Assembly: GCA_965221695.1 (NCBI GenBank)
Contig: OZ244905.1
Span: 992,001 to 1,056,000, forward strand
Direction: 5' to 3'
DNA length: 64,000 bases
From: Gammaproteobacteria bacterium
Lineage (GTDB): Bacteria; Pseudomonadota; Gammaproteobacteria; Eutrophobiales; Eutrophobiaceae
Shown: positions 19,351 through 32,069 of the stretch, piece by piece
Layout of the letters: each line of letters opens with the position of its first letter
Numbering within the stretch: position 1 is the first letter of the stretch
Notes under the pieces: model-generated
Told to the model about the DNA's origin: nothing
The model's database searches: none
The model's input: only the letters and a program-made list of their open reading frames with translations
Made by a program: the position numbers and the translations under genes

Positions 19351-20671
19351 TGATCTTTTCTATACCCACGCCCAGTTGCCGCGCACAATCGATAAACCCG
19401 GGGAAGGACGTATCGACGTTTTTGCAGTCCTGCACGGTGATCGGACCCGCCGCGGCCAGGCCGGCCACGCAAAATGCCATGGCTATGCGGTGGTCGTCGT
19501 GGCTGCGGACCACCCCCTCTGCGGGACGGCCGCCGATGACGCGCATGCCGTCCGCGCGGGTCTCAACCCCGATGCCGATACGTTCCAGCCCTTCGGCCAT
19601 GGCCAGGATACGGTCGCTCTCCTTCACGCGCAACTCGGCGGCGCCCTCCAGCACAGTTTCACCTTGCGCATGGCAGGCGGCGGCGATGATCGCCGGAAAT
19701 TCGTCGATCGCAATCGGGACCAATTCCCGCGGGATCCGAATCCCGCGTAACGGCCGGTATATTACCCGCAGGTCCGCCACCGGCTCTGCGGCGTCTTCAA
19801 CCCGGTTCGAGACGCTGATGTCCGCGCCCATCCGCTTTAGAATTTCAATCACGGCAGCGCGTGTCGGATTGATCCCGACGCGTTCGATAACCAGGTCTGA
19901 CCCCGGAACGATACTGCCCGCGGCCAGGAAGAACGCGGCCGAGGAAATATCGCCCGGAATGCGCAACCGGCCAGGACGCAAACTATTGGCTTGCATTGTG
20001 ATGCGCGCGCCCGAACGGGTAACCGGGCAACCGAAATGGGCCAGCATCCGCTCCGTGTGATCACGCGTCGGCGCCGGTTCCGTTATCACCGTTTTACCCT
20101 GCGCGTACAGAGCCGCGAGCAACAGCGCCGATTTCAGTTGTGCGCTGGCAACGGGTAATTCGTAGTCAATGCCACGCAACCGCCTGTTGCCCGTTACCTG
20201 TGCGGGCAGTGTCCCCTCAGCGGTGGTCTGCACATCTGCGTTCATTGCGATCAGCGGGTCAGCCACGCGCCGCATCGGTCTGCGCTGCAGGGATTCGTCT
20301 CCGGACAGCGTGGAAGAAAACCGCTGGCCGGCCAAAACGCCCAGCAGCAAGCGTGCGGAAGTGCCGGAATTTCCCAGGTCCAGGATGCCGGAAGGCGCGT
20401 GCAAACCGTTCAATCCCACTCCATTGACGCGCAGGCATTCACCTTCCAGGGTCATGTCCACCCCCATTTGCCGGAACGCGGCCATGGTCGCCCGGGTATC
20501 GGCGCTGTTGAGAAAACCGCTGTATTCACTGGCGCCATCGGCCAGGCTTGCGAGTATCACCGCCCGATGCGAAATGGACTTGTCTCCGGGCACCCGCACC
20601 CTGCCCTGTAATCCCCTGGTTGCGGGAACAACATGATAATCAACCCCGGCTTGTATGGGTTTGTCCGTCAC
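19340..20671 (-). CDS. aroA: EPSP synthase
   Basis: PGDKSISHRA, GNSGT, RRPM, SAQLKSA, LRVKESDR, DHRIAMA. Confidence 0.97.
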   Translation of the reverse strand: MTDKPIQAGVDYHVVPATRGLQGRVRVPGDKSISHRAVILASLADGASEYSGFLNSADTRATMAAFRQMGVDMTLEGECLRVNGVGLNGLHAPSGILDLGNSGTSARLLLGVLAGQRFSSTLSGDESLQRRPMRRVADPLIAMNADVQTTAEGTLPAQVTGNRRLRGIDYELPVASAQLKSALLLAALYAQGKTVITEPAPTRDHTERMLAHFGCPVTRSGARITMQANSLRPGRLRIPGDISSAAFFLAAGSIVPGSDLVIERVGINPTRAAVIEILKRMGADISVSNRVEDAAEPVADLRVIYRPLRGIRIPRELVPIAIDEFPAIIAAACHAQGETVLEGAAELRVKESDRILAMAEGLERIGIGVETRADGMRVIGGRPAEGVVRSHDDHRIAMAFCVAGLAAAGPITVQDCKNVDTSFPGFIDCARQLGVGIEKINAA

Positions 20672-20737
20672 AGTCGCCCGGACATCGCCCTGGTTTTAGC
20701 CAGGCGCCGCGCCGGTGAAGCTCCGCGCCAACCTGAA

Positions 20738-20782
20738 ATCGCAGGCGTCCCGCCTGCCTGCGGGCGAGACGCCCGCGCTCCC
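20738..20782. repeat. GC-rich REP doublet
   Basis: GCAGGCGTCCCGCCTGC-CT-GCGGGCGAGACGCCCGC-GCTCCC; 43/45 identical to 44865-44909. Confidence 0.85.
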
Positions 20783-20791
20783 GGAGTGCGG

Positions 20792-21664
20792 TCAGTAGCC
20801 CCTGTTCCTGGCATAGTCATCTCTCGCTTGCTTGGCGCGGGAAAAGATCTCCACCAGCCTGGCGCCATCGCCTGCTGCAATTGCCTGCCTGGCGCGGTCC
20901 AGGCGCTGCTCGAAACTGTCCAACACGGCCAGCAGCGGCGCGCTGTTGGCCAGGCATATATCGCGCCACATTTCGGGGCTGCTGGAGGCCACACGGGTAA
21001 AATCCGCAAACCCGCCTGCCGCGTAGTCGAATATCTCCTGCTTGTCCTGCATCCGGGCAAGACAGTCGATCAAGGTGTAGACCAGTACATGAGGCAGGTG
21101 GCTGGTTGCCGCCAGCGCTTCATCATGGCGCTCAACGTCCAGTTCAACAACCCTCGCGCCCACCGCGCGCCACATCCCGGCTATTGTTTCGCTGGCGTTC
21201 CGGTCCGTCTCGGCAAGCGGCGTGATAATGACGACATGGTTCTCAAACAATTCCGCAAACGAGGCTTCGACGCCACTCTGCTCCGTGCCGGCGATAGGAT
21301 GCGCGGGCACGAAAAAAGGCAACCTGTCAGCCAACGCATTTCTTGCCGCGGCAACCACCACCCCCTTGGCGCTGCCCACATCGGTAATGATACAACCCGG
21401 TTTCAGGCTGTCGCTCATTACCCGCATCAGCGTTTCGGTGGTGGACAGCGGTGTCGCGAGCACCACAAGGTCGGCGCCCTCCACGGCTTCCCGGAGGTCC
21501 AGGCTGTAACGGTCGATGACACCATCGGTGACCGCCTGGCGCAAGGCCGCTTCGCGCCGCCCGTAGCCGGTGATTGACGCACACAAGGACTCCCGCCGCA
21601 AGGCCCGCGCCAGCGAACCGCCTATCAGTCCCAGGCCAACTATACTGATGTGTTCAAATAACAT
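20792..21664 (-). CDS. tyrA: Prephenate/arogenate dehydrogenase
   Basis: GLGLIGGS, DVGSAK, HPIAG, SHLPH. Confidence 0.94.
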   Translation of the reverse strand: MLFEHISIVGLGLIGGSLARALRRESLCASITGYGRREAALRQAVTDGVIDRYSLDLREAVEGADLVVLATPLSTTETLMRVMSDSLKPGCIITDVGSAKGVVVAAARNALADRLPFFVPAHPIAGTEQSGVEASFAELFENHVVIITPLAETDRNASETIAGMWRAVGARVVELDVERHDEALAATSHLPHVLVYTLIDCLARMQDKQEIFDYAAGGFADFTRVASSSPEMWRDICLANSAPLLAVLDSFEQRLDRARQAIAAGDGARLVEIFSRAKQARDDYARNRGY

Positions 21665-21682
21665 GCTGAACTAACACAGAGA

Positions 21683-22804
21683 TCACCCTGTGTTCACTAC
21701 CTTGTTCAATGCCCGGATGAACTCGGCATTCTCGTGTTCCTGGCCGATGGTCACCCGCAAATGGTTGGGCAAGCCATATTCGATTATCGGCCTGACTACC
21801 ACGCCTTCCCGCAGCAGCGCCTGGTAGACGGCATCGGCAGGCTCTCCCAGGTCGAAGCTGACGAAATTGGCGATCGAATCGAACCATCCCAGTCCCAGGT
21901 CGGCAAACGCCGTGGTCAAGGCCAGCATACCCTGGTCGTTGATGGCCACGCAGCGGCGCAAATGTTCCTGGTCCTTCAATGCCAGCTCCGCGGCAAGTAA
22001 AGCCAGTGTATTGACATTAAACGGCTGGCGCACCCGGTTCATCAAGTCGGCCAGACCCGGGTCGCAGACCGCATAGCCGACGCGTAACCCGGCCAGGCCG
22101 TAAGCCTTGGAAAAAGTCCGCGTGGTAACCAGGTTGGGAAAATCCGCTTGCAGCGCGATCGAATTCGGGTAGCCCGCGCCCAGGGACTCCGCATATTCAT
22201 AATAGGCTTCATCAACGACTACGATCACATCCTCCGGCACGGATGCCAGAAACGCGCGTAACTGGTCCCCATCAATCCAGGAGCCGGTTGGATTGCCCGG
22301 ATTGTCGAGGAAGATCAGGCGGGTGCGCCCGCTAATGGCATCCAGCATTGCCGCCAGATCATGCTTATGGTCACGCGTGGGGATAACGACCGGCGTCGCG
22401 CCGATTGAATGGGTTGCAAGGTGGTAGACGATGAATGCGTTTTCGGAATAGATCACCTCGTGGTCGCCGGTGACGATACTGCGGGCAGCCAGTTCCAGCA
22501 CATCGTTCGAGCCGTTGCCCAGTGTTATCCGCTCGGGGTCGATACCGTGAAAGTCTGCCAGGGCGCGCTTCAACGAGGCGCCGGAACCATCCGGATAACG
22601 GCAAAAACTGTCATTCGTCAGGGAGCCGCTCGCCAGGGCTTCCAGGACTTTACTGCTGGGGCCAACGGAGTTTTCATTGGATGCGAGCTTGATGGCTCGT
22701 TCAAGGCCAAGCTCGCGGCAGACTTCGTCGGCGGATTTGCCCGGCTTGTAGGTCGGCAGGGAGGCAATGCCGGGCGTTGCCAGTTTGCTAAAATCGATGC
22801 TCAT
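21683..22804 (-). CDS. hisC: Histidinol-phosphate/aromatic aminotransferase
   Basis: KLASNEN, GNGS, NPTG, DEAY, RTFSKAYGLAGLRVGY. Confidence 0.95.
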   Translation of the reverse strand: MSIDFSKLATPGIASLPTYKPGKSADEVCRELGLERAIKLASNENSVGPSSKVLEALASGSLTNDSFCRYPDGSGASLKRALADFHGIDPERITLGNGSNDVLELAARSIVTGDHEVIYSENAFIVYHLATHSIGATPVVIPTRDHKHDLAAMLDAISGRTRLIFLDNPGNPTGSWIDGDQLRAFLASVPEDVIVVVDEAYYEYAESLGAGYPNSIALQADFPNLVTTRTFSKAYGLAGLRVGYAVCDPGLADLMNRVRQPFNVNTLALLAAELALKDQEHLRRCVAINDQGMLALTTAFADLGLGWFDSIANFVSFDLGEPADAVYQALLREGVVVRPIIEYGLPNHLRVTIGQEHENAEFIRALNKVVNTG

Positions 22805-22814
22805 AGTTCAGCTT

Positions 22815-23930
22815 TCAACTCTCTGTTATTGAATCAGGAACCCGCTGCGCTTCGGGATACGAACCCAGCAATTTCATCATCGCGGCCTTGTCCCGCAATT
22901 CGGCCAGCGCCCGGGCCACGCTCTCATCATTTGCGTGGCCGAGGATATCCACAAAAAACACGTATTCCCAGATGCCTTGCGGTGACGGCCGCGATTCTAT
23001 CCGGGTCATATTCACACCGTGCTCGGCAAAACAGGCAAGCATGCTCACCAGGGAACCGGGTTTGCTCGGCATTGCAAACAGCAGGGAAGTCTTATCCCTG
23101 CCGCTGGGAGGCAGAACCTCTTTGCCCAGCGCCAGGAAACGGGTGGTGTTGTCGGGGTTATCCTCGATATTTTTCCTCAGAACCGGCAAGCCATGCAGCT
23201 CTCCGGCGCGCGCGCCGGCAATGGCTGCGCTGCGCGCATCGTTACTGGCCTGCAAGGCAGCCTCCGCATTGCTGGCTACCGGCGCCCGCCGGGCGTTGGC
23301 CATGTGGGTATCCAGCCAGCGGCGGCACTGGGCCAGCGACTGCTCATGGGAATACACGGTCTGGATGGCTTGCGGATCTTCCGCATGGCTCAGCAACTGC
23401 TGGTGGATGCGCAACTCCACCTCGCCACAGAGTTTCAGGTCGGAAACCAGGAGCATGTCCAGGGTATGGTTCACCGCGCCTTCTATCGAGTTCTCCACCG
23501 GGACCACACCGTAATCGCATGAATCTGCCATCACCTCCCGAAACACCTGGTCAATACTCGCCAACAGCGACAAGCGGACCGATTTCCCGAAATGTTTCAG
23601 CGCCGCCAGCTCCGTAAAAGTGCCTTCAGGCCCGAGACAGGCAATATTCAGCGGCGCTTCCAGGGCCAGGCAGGCAGACATAACCTCCCGCACCAACCGG
23701 ATTATCTCCGCGTCCGGCAACGGACCCTTGTTAAGCGCTTTCACGCTGTTCAGCACCCTGGCTTCACGCTCAGGCCGGTACAGGCTGTTCCCGTTGTTCT
23801 GCTGCTTTACCTGCGCGATTTCCAATGCCCGGCGGGCGCGCTGGTTCAGCAACTCGACCAGCCGCTCATCCAGCGCGTCGATCTCACTCCTGAGCGCTTT
23901 TAAACGGGCTTCCAGGTTAGAATTGTTCAT
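22815..23930 (-). CDS. pheA: Chorismate mutase/prephenate dehydratase
   Basis: CM domain, LGPEGTF, PVENS, NTTRF, IESRP ACT domain. Confidence 0.96.
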   Translation of the reverse strand: MNNSNLEARLKALRSEIDALDERLVELLNQRARRALEIAQVKQQNNGNSLYRPEREARVLNSVKALNKGPLPDAEIIRLVREVMSACLALEAPLNIACLGPEGTFTELAALKHFGKSVRLSLLASIDQVFREVMADSCDYGVVPVENSIEGAVNHTLDMLLVSDLKLCGEVELRIHQQLLSHAEDPQAIQTVYSHEQSLAQCRRWLDTHMANARRAPVASNAEAALQASNDARSAAIAGARAGELHGLPVLRKNIEDNPDNTTRFLALGKEVLPPSGRDKTSLLFAMPSKPGSLVSMLACFAEHGVNMTRIESRPSPQGIWEYVFFVDILGHANDESVARALAELRDKAAMMKLLGSYPEAQRVPDSITES

Positions 23931-23951
23931 CGTTTATTTCCGGCCTGAAAA

Positions 23952-25052
23952 TCAACCGTGGCGGGCGGCAAAATGCGCCATAAATTCTATCAGCGCATCC
24001 ACCCCGGCTTCAGGCATTCCATTGTACATGCTGGCGCGCATGCCGCCTACGCTGCGATGGCCTTTTAATTCGACCAGGCCATTGTCCGCGGCCGCATCAA
24101 GAAATACGCGGTCAAGGCTCCCGTCCGCCAGCGTGAACGGCACGTTCATCCTGGATCGATAAGGTTTATCCACGGGATTGGTGTAGAAATCATTGGCATC
24201 GATATAGTCATACAGCTTGCCGGCACGGCGCAGTGCGTTCTCGTGCATCCGCTCCACCCCGCCCTGTTCCCTGATCCAGGCAAAGGTCAATCCGGCCATG
24301 TACCAGTTGAACACAGGCGGCGTATTGAACATGGAACCATGTTCGGCCAGCACGCGTAAATCGTACAGGCACGGCACATCCGCACGCGCCCGGTGCAACA
24401 GGTCCTCGCGCACCAGCACGATGGTCAGCCCGGCCGGCGCGAAGTTCTTCTGGGCGCCGGCGAAAATCAGGCCGTAACGATCCACCTGTATCGGTCGCGA
24501 CAAAAAATTGGAGGTCATATCACAGACCAATGGGGTATCGGCATGGGAATCCGGCAGCGCCGGCGCTGCTTCAAACTCCACCCCGGCGATGGTTTCATTG
24601 TCGCAGAAATAAAGGTAGGCGGGGTTCTCACTGAGGCGCCAGCCGTCCGCGTCGGGAATGGTGGTGTGGTTGACCTCAGCAGACGAGGCGGCAATATTCA
24701 AGCGGGCGAACCGGCCGGCCTCGGTGGCCGCCCGTTTTGACCAGTTGCCGGTGATCACGTAGTCAACGCAATCCGTCTTCTCGCTCAGGTTCAGCGGCGC
24801 AATGCTCATCACATGGGTGGCGCCGCCTTGCACAAACAGTATCCGGTAATGTTCCGGTATGCCGAGCAGCGCCGATAAATCCCGGACCGACTGCTCCGCT
24901 ATCTCCGTGAAGGCCCGGCTCCGGTGGCTGATTTCCGCGATGGAGACCCCCAGGCCGCGCCAATCCAGAAATTCCTGTTGTGCCTGCCGCATCACTGTCT
25001 GCGGCAGCATGGCCGGGCCGGGGCTGAAATTATAGGTCGGCGCCGCCGCCAT
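23952..25052 (-). CDS. serC: Phosphoserine aminotransferase
   Basis: [32 protein letters not shown]; start at 25052 overlaps the gyrA 3' end. Confidence 0.96.
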   Translation of the reverse strand: MAAAPTYNFSPGPAMLPQTVMRQAQQEFLDWRGLGVSIAEISHRSRAFTEIAEQSVRDLSALLGIPEHYRILFVQGGATHVMSIAPLNLSEKTDCVDYVITGNWSKRAATEAGRFARLNIAASSAEVNHTTIPDADGWRLSENPAYLYFCDNETIAGVEFEAAPALPDSHADTPLVCDMTSNFLSRPIQVDRYGLIFAGAQKNFAPAGLTIVLVREDLLHRARADVPCLYDLRVLAEHGSMFNTPPVFNWYMAGLTFAWIREQGGVERMHENALRRAGKLYDYIDANDFYTNPVDKPYRSRMNVPFTLADGSLDRVFLDAAADNGLVELKGHRSVGGMRASMYNGMPEAGVDALIEFMAHFAARHG

Positions 25053-27633
25053 CTTCAGCGCCATCCGCAGCATCATCGACTCCATTGGTATTGACATCCC
25101 CGTAGTCGATGATCCGTTCCAGTCCCGCAAGTCTTTCGCCTTCATTGAGATTGACCAACGTGACCCCCATGGTATTGCGCCCGACAACCGAGACATCGCT
25201 GACCCGCATTCGGATCAAGGTGCCCTGGTCGCTGATCAGCATGATTTCATCGTCTTCATCAACCACCTGCGCGCCAACCACTCGCCCGTTGCGTTCATTG
25301 GTCTGGATCGATATCACGCCCTGACCGCCCCGGGACTTCAGCGGGTAATCGTCAAGGCGGGAGCGTTTGCCATAACCGTTTTCGGTGGCAGTCAGTATGG
25401 CCTTGTTTTCCCGAACGATGATCAGGGAGATCACCTTGTCGTCCGGCCCCATACGAATGCCTATTACCCCTCTTGCCGTTCTCCCCATCGGGCGCACATC
25501 CGCTTCCCGGAAGCGCACCACCTTGCCGGCATCGCTGAACAGCATTACCTCGTGCTCGCCGTCGGTCAGTTCAACATTGACCAGGCGGTTGCCCTCAACA
25601 AGTTCTATCGCCCTGATGCCGCTTGGCCGGGCGCGGGAAAAATTCATCAGCGAAGTCTTCTTCACGGTGCCGTTCAGGGTGGCCATGAACACGTACAAAT
25701 CGTCCCTGAACTCCCGAATCGGCAATACCGCGTTAATGCGCTCGCCCTCGCTCAGCGGCAACAGGTTAACGATGGGTTTGCCCTTGGCCGCGCGGCTGGC
25801 CTGGGGCAGTTCATAGACCTTGAGCCAGTACAACCTGCCCAGGCTGGAGAAGCACAGCAAGGTATCGTGAGTACTGGCAATAAACAGTTTATCAACGAAA
25901 TCTTCGTCCTTGACGGCCGTGGCTGACTTGCCCCGGCCGCCGCGGCGTTGCAACCGGTAAGCATCCAAAGGCTGCGTCTTTGCATAGCCGGCGTGGGACA
26001 GCGTGACCACCATATCCTGCTCGGTAATCAGGTCTTCAATGGTCAGGTCTTTTTGATCTTCGATGATCTGCGTGCGCCGCGCATCACCGTAACGTTCCCG
26101 GATCTCTTCCAGTTCGGTCCTGATCACATCCATCAGCCGTTGCGGGCGCGCCAGGATATCGAGCAGGTCGCCAATCCTGTCCAATATTTCCTCGTATTCG
26201 CTGATTATCTTATCCTGCTCCAGCCCGGTCAGCTTCTGCAAGCGCAGGTCCAGTATGGCCTGGGCCTGCGCGTCGGACAGGCGATAACCGTCGGACCTCA
26301 GGCCCAGTTCCTGCGGCAGGTCATCCGGCCGGGACATATCAGCGCCCACCCGTTGCAACAGCGCGGTGACCACCCCCGGTTCCCAGGGCGACGCCAGCAA
26401 CCCGCGTTTTGCTTCTGCCGGGGTGGCGGAACCCTTGATGAGTTCTATCATCGGGTCGATATTTGCCAGCGCCGCAGCCAAACCTTCGAGAATATGGGCG
26501 CGTGCCCTGGCTTTACGCAACTCGTACAAGGTGCGCCGGACCACCACCTCACGCCGATGCCGGATGAACGCATCCAGTATTTCCTTCAGCGTCATCAGGC
26601 GCGGGCGGCCATCATCGAGCGCCACTAGATTGATGCCGAAAACACTCTGCAACGCGGTGAACTGGTACAGGTTATTCAGGATCACCTCCGGCACCTCGCC
26701 GCGGCGCAACTCGATGACCAGGCGCATGCCGTCCTTGTCGGATTCATCGCGCAGCTCGCGAATGCCGGTGAGTTTCTTTTCCTTCACCAACTCCGCAATC
26801 TTTTCCTGCAACCGGGCCTTGTTCACCTGGTAGGGCAGTTCGGTGACGATAATCGCGTGCTGCCCGTTTTTTTCGTCTGTTTCGATGTGTGAACGGGCGC
26901 GCATATAGATGCGCCCGCGACCGGTGCGGTAGGCCTCGTGGATTCCCCGGGAACCGTTGATGATGCCGGCGGTCGGGAAATCCGGTCCCGGTATGTGTTC
27001 GATCAATTCATCTATGCTGAGGTTCTCATTCTCCAGCAGGGCAATACAGGCATTGATGACCTCGGTCAGGTTATGCGGCGGGATATTCGTTGCCATGCCG
27101 ACCGCAATGCCGCTGGAGCCGTTGACCAGCAGGTTGGGCAGGCGCGTGGGCAACACCACGGGTTCATGTTCCGTACCGTCATAATTGGGTGCAAAATCGA
27201 CGGTTTCCTTGTCGATGTCTTCCAGCAGTTCATGGGCGATCCGGGACATGCGCACTTCGGTATAGCGCATCGCCGCCGGCGCATCGCCGTCCACCGAACC
27301 GAAATTGCCCTGCCCGTCCACCAGCACATAGCGCAGCGAAAAATGCTGAGCCATCCGTACTATGGTGTCGTAGACAGCAGAATCTCCGTGAGGATGGTAT
27401 TTACCGATGACATCGCCGACGACACGGGCGGATTTCTTGTAGGGCTTGTTGTAGTCATTGCCCATCTCGTTCATTGCGAACAGGACACGCCGATGCACCG
27501 GTTTCAGCCCATCGCGCACGTCCGGCAGCGCCCTGCCGACGATGACGCTCATAGCGTAATCCATGTAGGATTGACGCATCTCGTCTTCAATGTTCACCGG
27601 CATTATCGACCGGGCGATTTCTTCAGGCATCAC
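25030..27633 (-). CDS. gyrA: DNA gyrase subunit A
   Basis: [19 protein letters not shown], GyrA-box QRRGGRG, acidic tail. Confidence 0.98.
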   Translation of the reverse strand: MMPEEIARSIMPVNIEDEMRQSYMDYAMSVIVGRALPDVRDGLKPVHRRVLFAMNEMGNDYNKPYKKSARVVGDVIGKYHPHGDSAVYDTIVRMAQHFSLRYVLVDGQGNFGSVDGDAPAAMRYTEVRMSRIAHELLEDIDKETVDFAPNYDGTEHEPVVLPTRLPNLLVNGSSGIAVGMATNIPPHNLTEVINACIALLENENLSIDELIEHIPGPDFPTAGIINGSRGIHEAYRTGRGRIYMRARSHIETDEKNGQHAIIVTELPYQVNKARLQEKIAELVKEKKLTGIRELRDESDKDGMRLVIELRRGEVPEVILNNLYQFTALQSVFGINLVALDDGRPRLMTLKEILDAFIRHRREVVVRRTLYELRKARARAHILEGLAAALANIDPMIELIKGSATPAEAKRGLLASPWEPGVVTALLQRVGADMSRPDDLPQELGLRSDGYRLSDAQAQAILDLRLQKLTGLEQDKIISEYEEILDRIGDLLDILARPQRLMDVIRTELEEIRERYGDARRTQIIEDQKDLTIEDLITEQDMVVTLSHAGYAKTQPLDAYRLQRRGGRGKSATAVKDEDFVDKLFIASTHDTLLCFSSLGRLYWLKVYELPQASRAAKGKPIVNLLPLSEGERINAVLPIREFRDDLYVFMATLNGTVKKTSLMNFSRARPSGIRAIELVEGNRLVNVELTDGEHEVMLFSDAGKVVRFREADVRPMGRTARGVIGIRMGPDDKVISLIIVRENKAILTATENGYGKRSRLDDYPLKSRGGQGVISIQTNERNGRVVGAQVVDEDDEIMLISDQGTLIRMRVSDVSVVGRNTMGVTLVNLNEGERLAGLERIIDYGDVNTNGVDDAADGAEDGGGADL

Positions 27634-27708
27634 TCTCTCTGATCCGGCAGATAAACAGGATTGTTTGCTGCCCGTAGCCGGTATCCACCGGCCACGTTAA
27701 AAGCGGAA

Positions 27709-27719
27709 ATTTTACCACA
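27709..27719 (-). promoter_or_regulatory. Putative extended -10 element upstream of gyrA
   Basis: TGTGGTAAAAT on the minus strand, about 75 nt upstream of the start. Confidence 0.4.
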
Positions 27720-27750
27720 ATCCCACGGCTTACGATAGCCTTTTACCCAC

Positions 27751-27788
27751 CTGGGAGTGCGGGCGTCTCGCCCCCGGGAGCGCGGGAG
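27751..27788. repeat. Partial GC-rich REP copy
   Basis: CTGGGAGTGCGGGCGTCTCGCCC is essentially the reverse complement of the 3' arm of 20738-20782. Confidence 0.7.
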
Positions 27789-27797
27789 AAATACAGG

Positions 27798-28415
27798 TTA
27801 ATGCAACGGCCAGAGGTTGACGATATTGCAGAACAGTTCGGCGGTGCGTTCGGCATCGTACAGGGCCGAATGCGCTTCTTCCTCCTCCCAGTCCAGCCCG
27901 GCGGCCTGTACTGCCCTGGACAGTACGGTCTGACCGTAGGCCAGGCCGCCGAGGGTGGCCGTATCAAAGGTGCTGAAAGGATGGAAGGGGTTGCGCGACA
28001 GGCCGGACCGGTTGGCCGCGGCGTTGATGAAGCTCAGGTCGAAAGCCGGGTTGTGCCCCACCAGGATGGCGCGGCTGCAACCATATTCCCTGATCATTCT
28101 CTTGGTGGCCTGAAAGACATCGCGTAACGCCTGTTTCTCGGGCACGGCAATCTCCTTGCGGAAAGGATGATCCGGATCGATGCCGGTAAACTCCAGCGCC
28201 GCCTTGTCCAGGTTGGCGCCGGGAAACGGCTGGATATGCTTGGATACGCTCTCCAGTGTGCTCCAGACACCATCGGTATCGACCTGCAGGAACACCACCG
28301 CCAGCTCCAGCAACGCATCCTGAGCCGGATTGAAACCCGCTGTTTCCACATCCACGACCACGGGATAATATCCCCTGAAGCGGCCGGCAACCAGGTTCTT
28401 CCTGTCAATATTCAT
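27798..28415 (-). CDS. rnt: Ribonuclease T
   Basis: RFRGYYPVVVDVETAGF, NPFHPFSTFDT, HSALYD. Confidence 0.96.
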   Translation of the reverse strand: MNIDRKNLVAGRFRGYYPVVVDVETAGFNPAQDALLELAVVFLQVDTDGVWSTLESVSKHIQPFPGANLDKAALEFTGIDPDHPFRKEIAVPEKQALRDVFQATKRMIREYGCSRAILVGHNPAFDLSFINAAANRSGLSRNPFHPFSTFDTATLGGLAYGQTVLSRAVQAAGLDWEEEEAHSALYDAERTAELFCNIVNLWPLH

Positions 28416-29445
28416 CCACGAGCGTCCATTGGCATAACTCACCGGCGCGGAACGGGACCAGCGGCTCACCGGCAAAGTCGATTACGGCCGGAACACGCCA
28501 TTGTTCCCGGCGCAAGCGGATCGTCTGTGTATTCAAGGGTAACCTGTAAAACCGCGCGCCGTTCCTGCTGGCAAAGCGCTCCAGGTTATCCAGGCTGTTC
28601 ATCGCGTCGAAAACGGTTGCGTACCACTCGAGCGCGCCGGCGGCGTTGTAGATGCCGGCGCAGCAAGGGGGTTGTTCTTTTGCCCGCGCCCGATGGGGCG
28701 CGCTGTCGGTGCCGAGGAAAAACTTCGGATTGCCGCTAATCGCCGCCGCAACCAGTGCCTGCCGGTGCCGCTCCCGTTTCAAAACAGGCAAGCAGTAATG
28801 ATGCGGGTTGATCCCGCCCGACAGCATCGCATTGCGGTTCAGCGCCAGGTGGTGGGGGGTAATCGTCGCGGCAACCCGATTCGGGGCGCCGCGGACAAAC
28901 TGCGCGGCATCGGAAGTGGTAATATGTTCAAGCACAACACGCAGCGTGTCGATGTTCTCAACCAGCGGCGATAATATCCGATCGATAAACACCTTTTCCC
29001 GGTCGAACACGTCCACATCGGCATCCGTCACCTCACCGTGCACCAGCAGCGGCACATCCTTTTGCGCGATATATTCCAGTATCGGCATGACTTTCCCGAT
29101 ATCGGTCACGCCCGAAGCGGAATTGGTGGTTGCCCCCGCCGGATAATATTTGAACGCGTACACATGTTCGGCTTCCGCAACCCGATCCACCTCATCCCTG
29201 GAGGTATTATCGGTCAGGTACAGGGTCATCAGCGGATTGAAGTCCGTATCATCTGCCAGGCAGTCAAGGATCCTGCGCCGATATGCCAGCGCCTGCCGCA
29301 CGGACACCACCGGCGGCGACAGGTTCGGCATGATAATTGCCCGCACAAAGCGCCGGGCGCTGTCAGCGGCAACACTGGCCAGTTCCTCACCGTCGCGCAG
29401 GTGCAGGTGGAAGTCATCCGGTTTTATCAGGGTAATCGTATCCAA
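28405..29445 (-). CDS. pyrC: Dihydroorotase
   Basis: DDFHLHLRDG, YPAGATTNS, HGE, EHITT, GTDSAPH. Confidence 0.96.
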   Translation of the reverse strand: MDTITLIKPDDFHLHLRDGEELASVAADSARRFVRAIIMPNLSPPVVSVRQALAYRRRILDCLADDTDFNPLMTLYLTDNTSRDEVDRVAEAEHVYAFKYYPAGATTNSASGVTDIGKVMPILEYIAQKDVPLLVHGEVTDADVDVFDREKVFIDRILSPLVENIDTLRVVLEHITTSDAAQFVRGAPNRVAATITPHHLALNRNAMLSGGINPHHYCLPVLKRERHRQALVAAAISGNPKFFLGTDSAPHRARAKEQPPCCAGIYNAAGALEWYATVFDAMNSLDNLERFASRNGARFYRLPLNTQTIRLRREQWRVPAVIDFAGEPLVPFRAGELCQWTLVDEY

Positions 29446-29595
29446 GAACAGGCCCCACAGGTCAGTTATTAATTTAACACACAGTTAGTATCAACTAAAC
29501 CCTGGACACCCGCCAATCGCCACAATACCACTCCCGCTAACCCCGCCACCAAAAATATCCGTAGGAGCATAAAAACTGGTATATGATTCGGATAC

Positions 29596-32041
<2,446 letters not shown>

Positions 32042-32069
32042 CCAGGACACATTTTGAGAAAAACGGGCC

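Noticed and set aside
22409-23617. 402-aa plus-strand ORF and similar ORFs opposite core genes
   Set aside because: Antisense to well-supported hisC/pheA; no family motifs.
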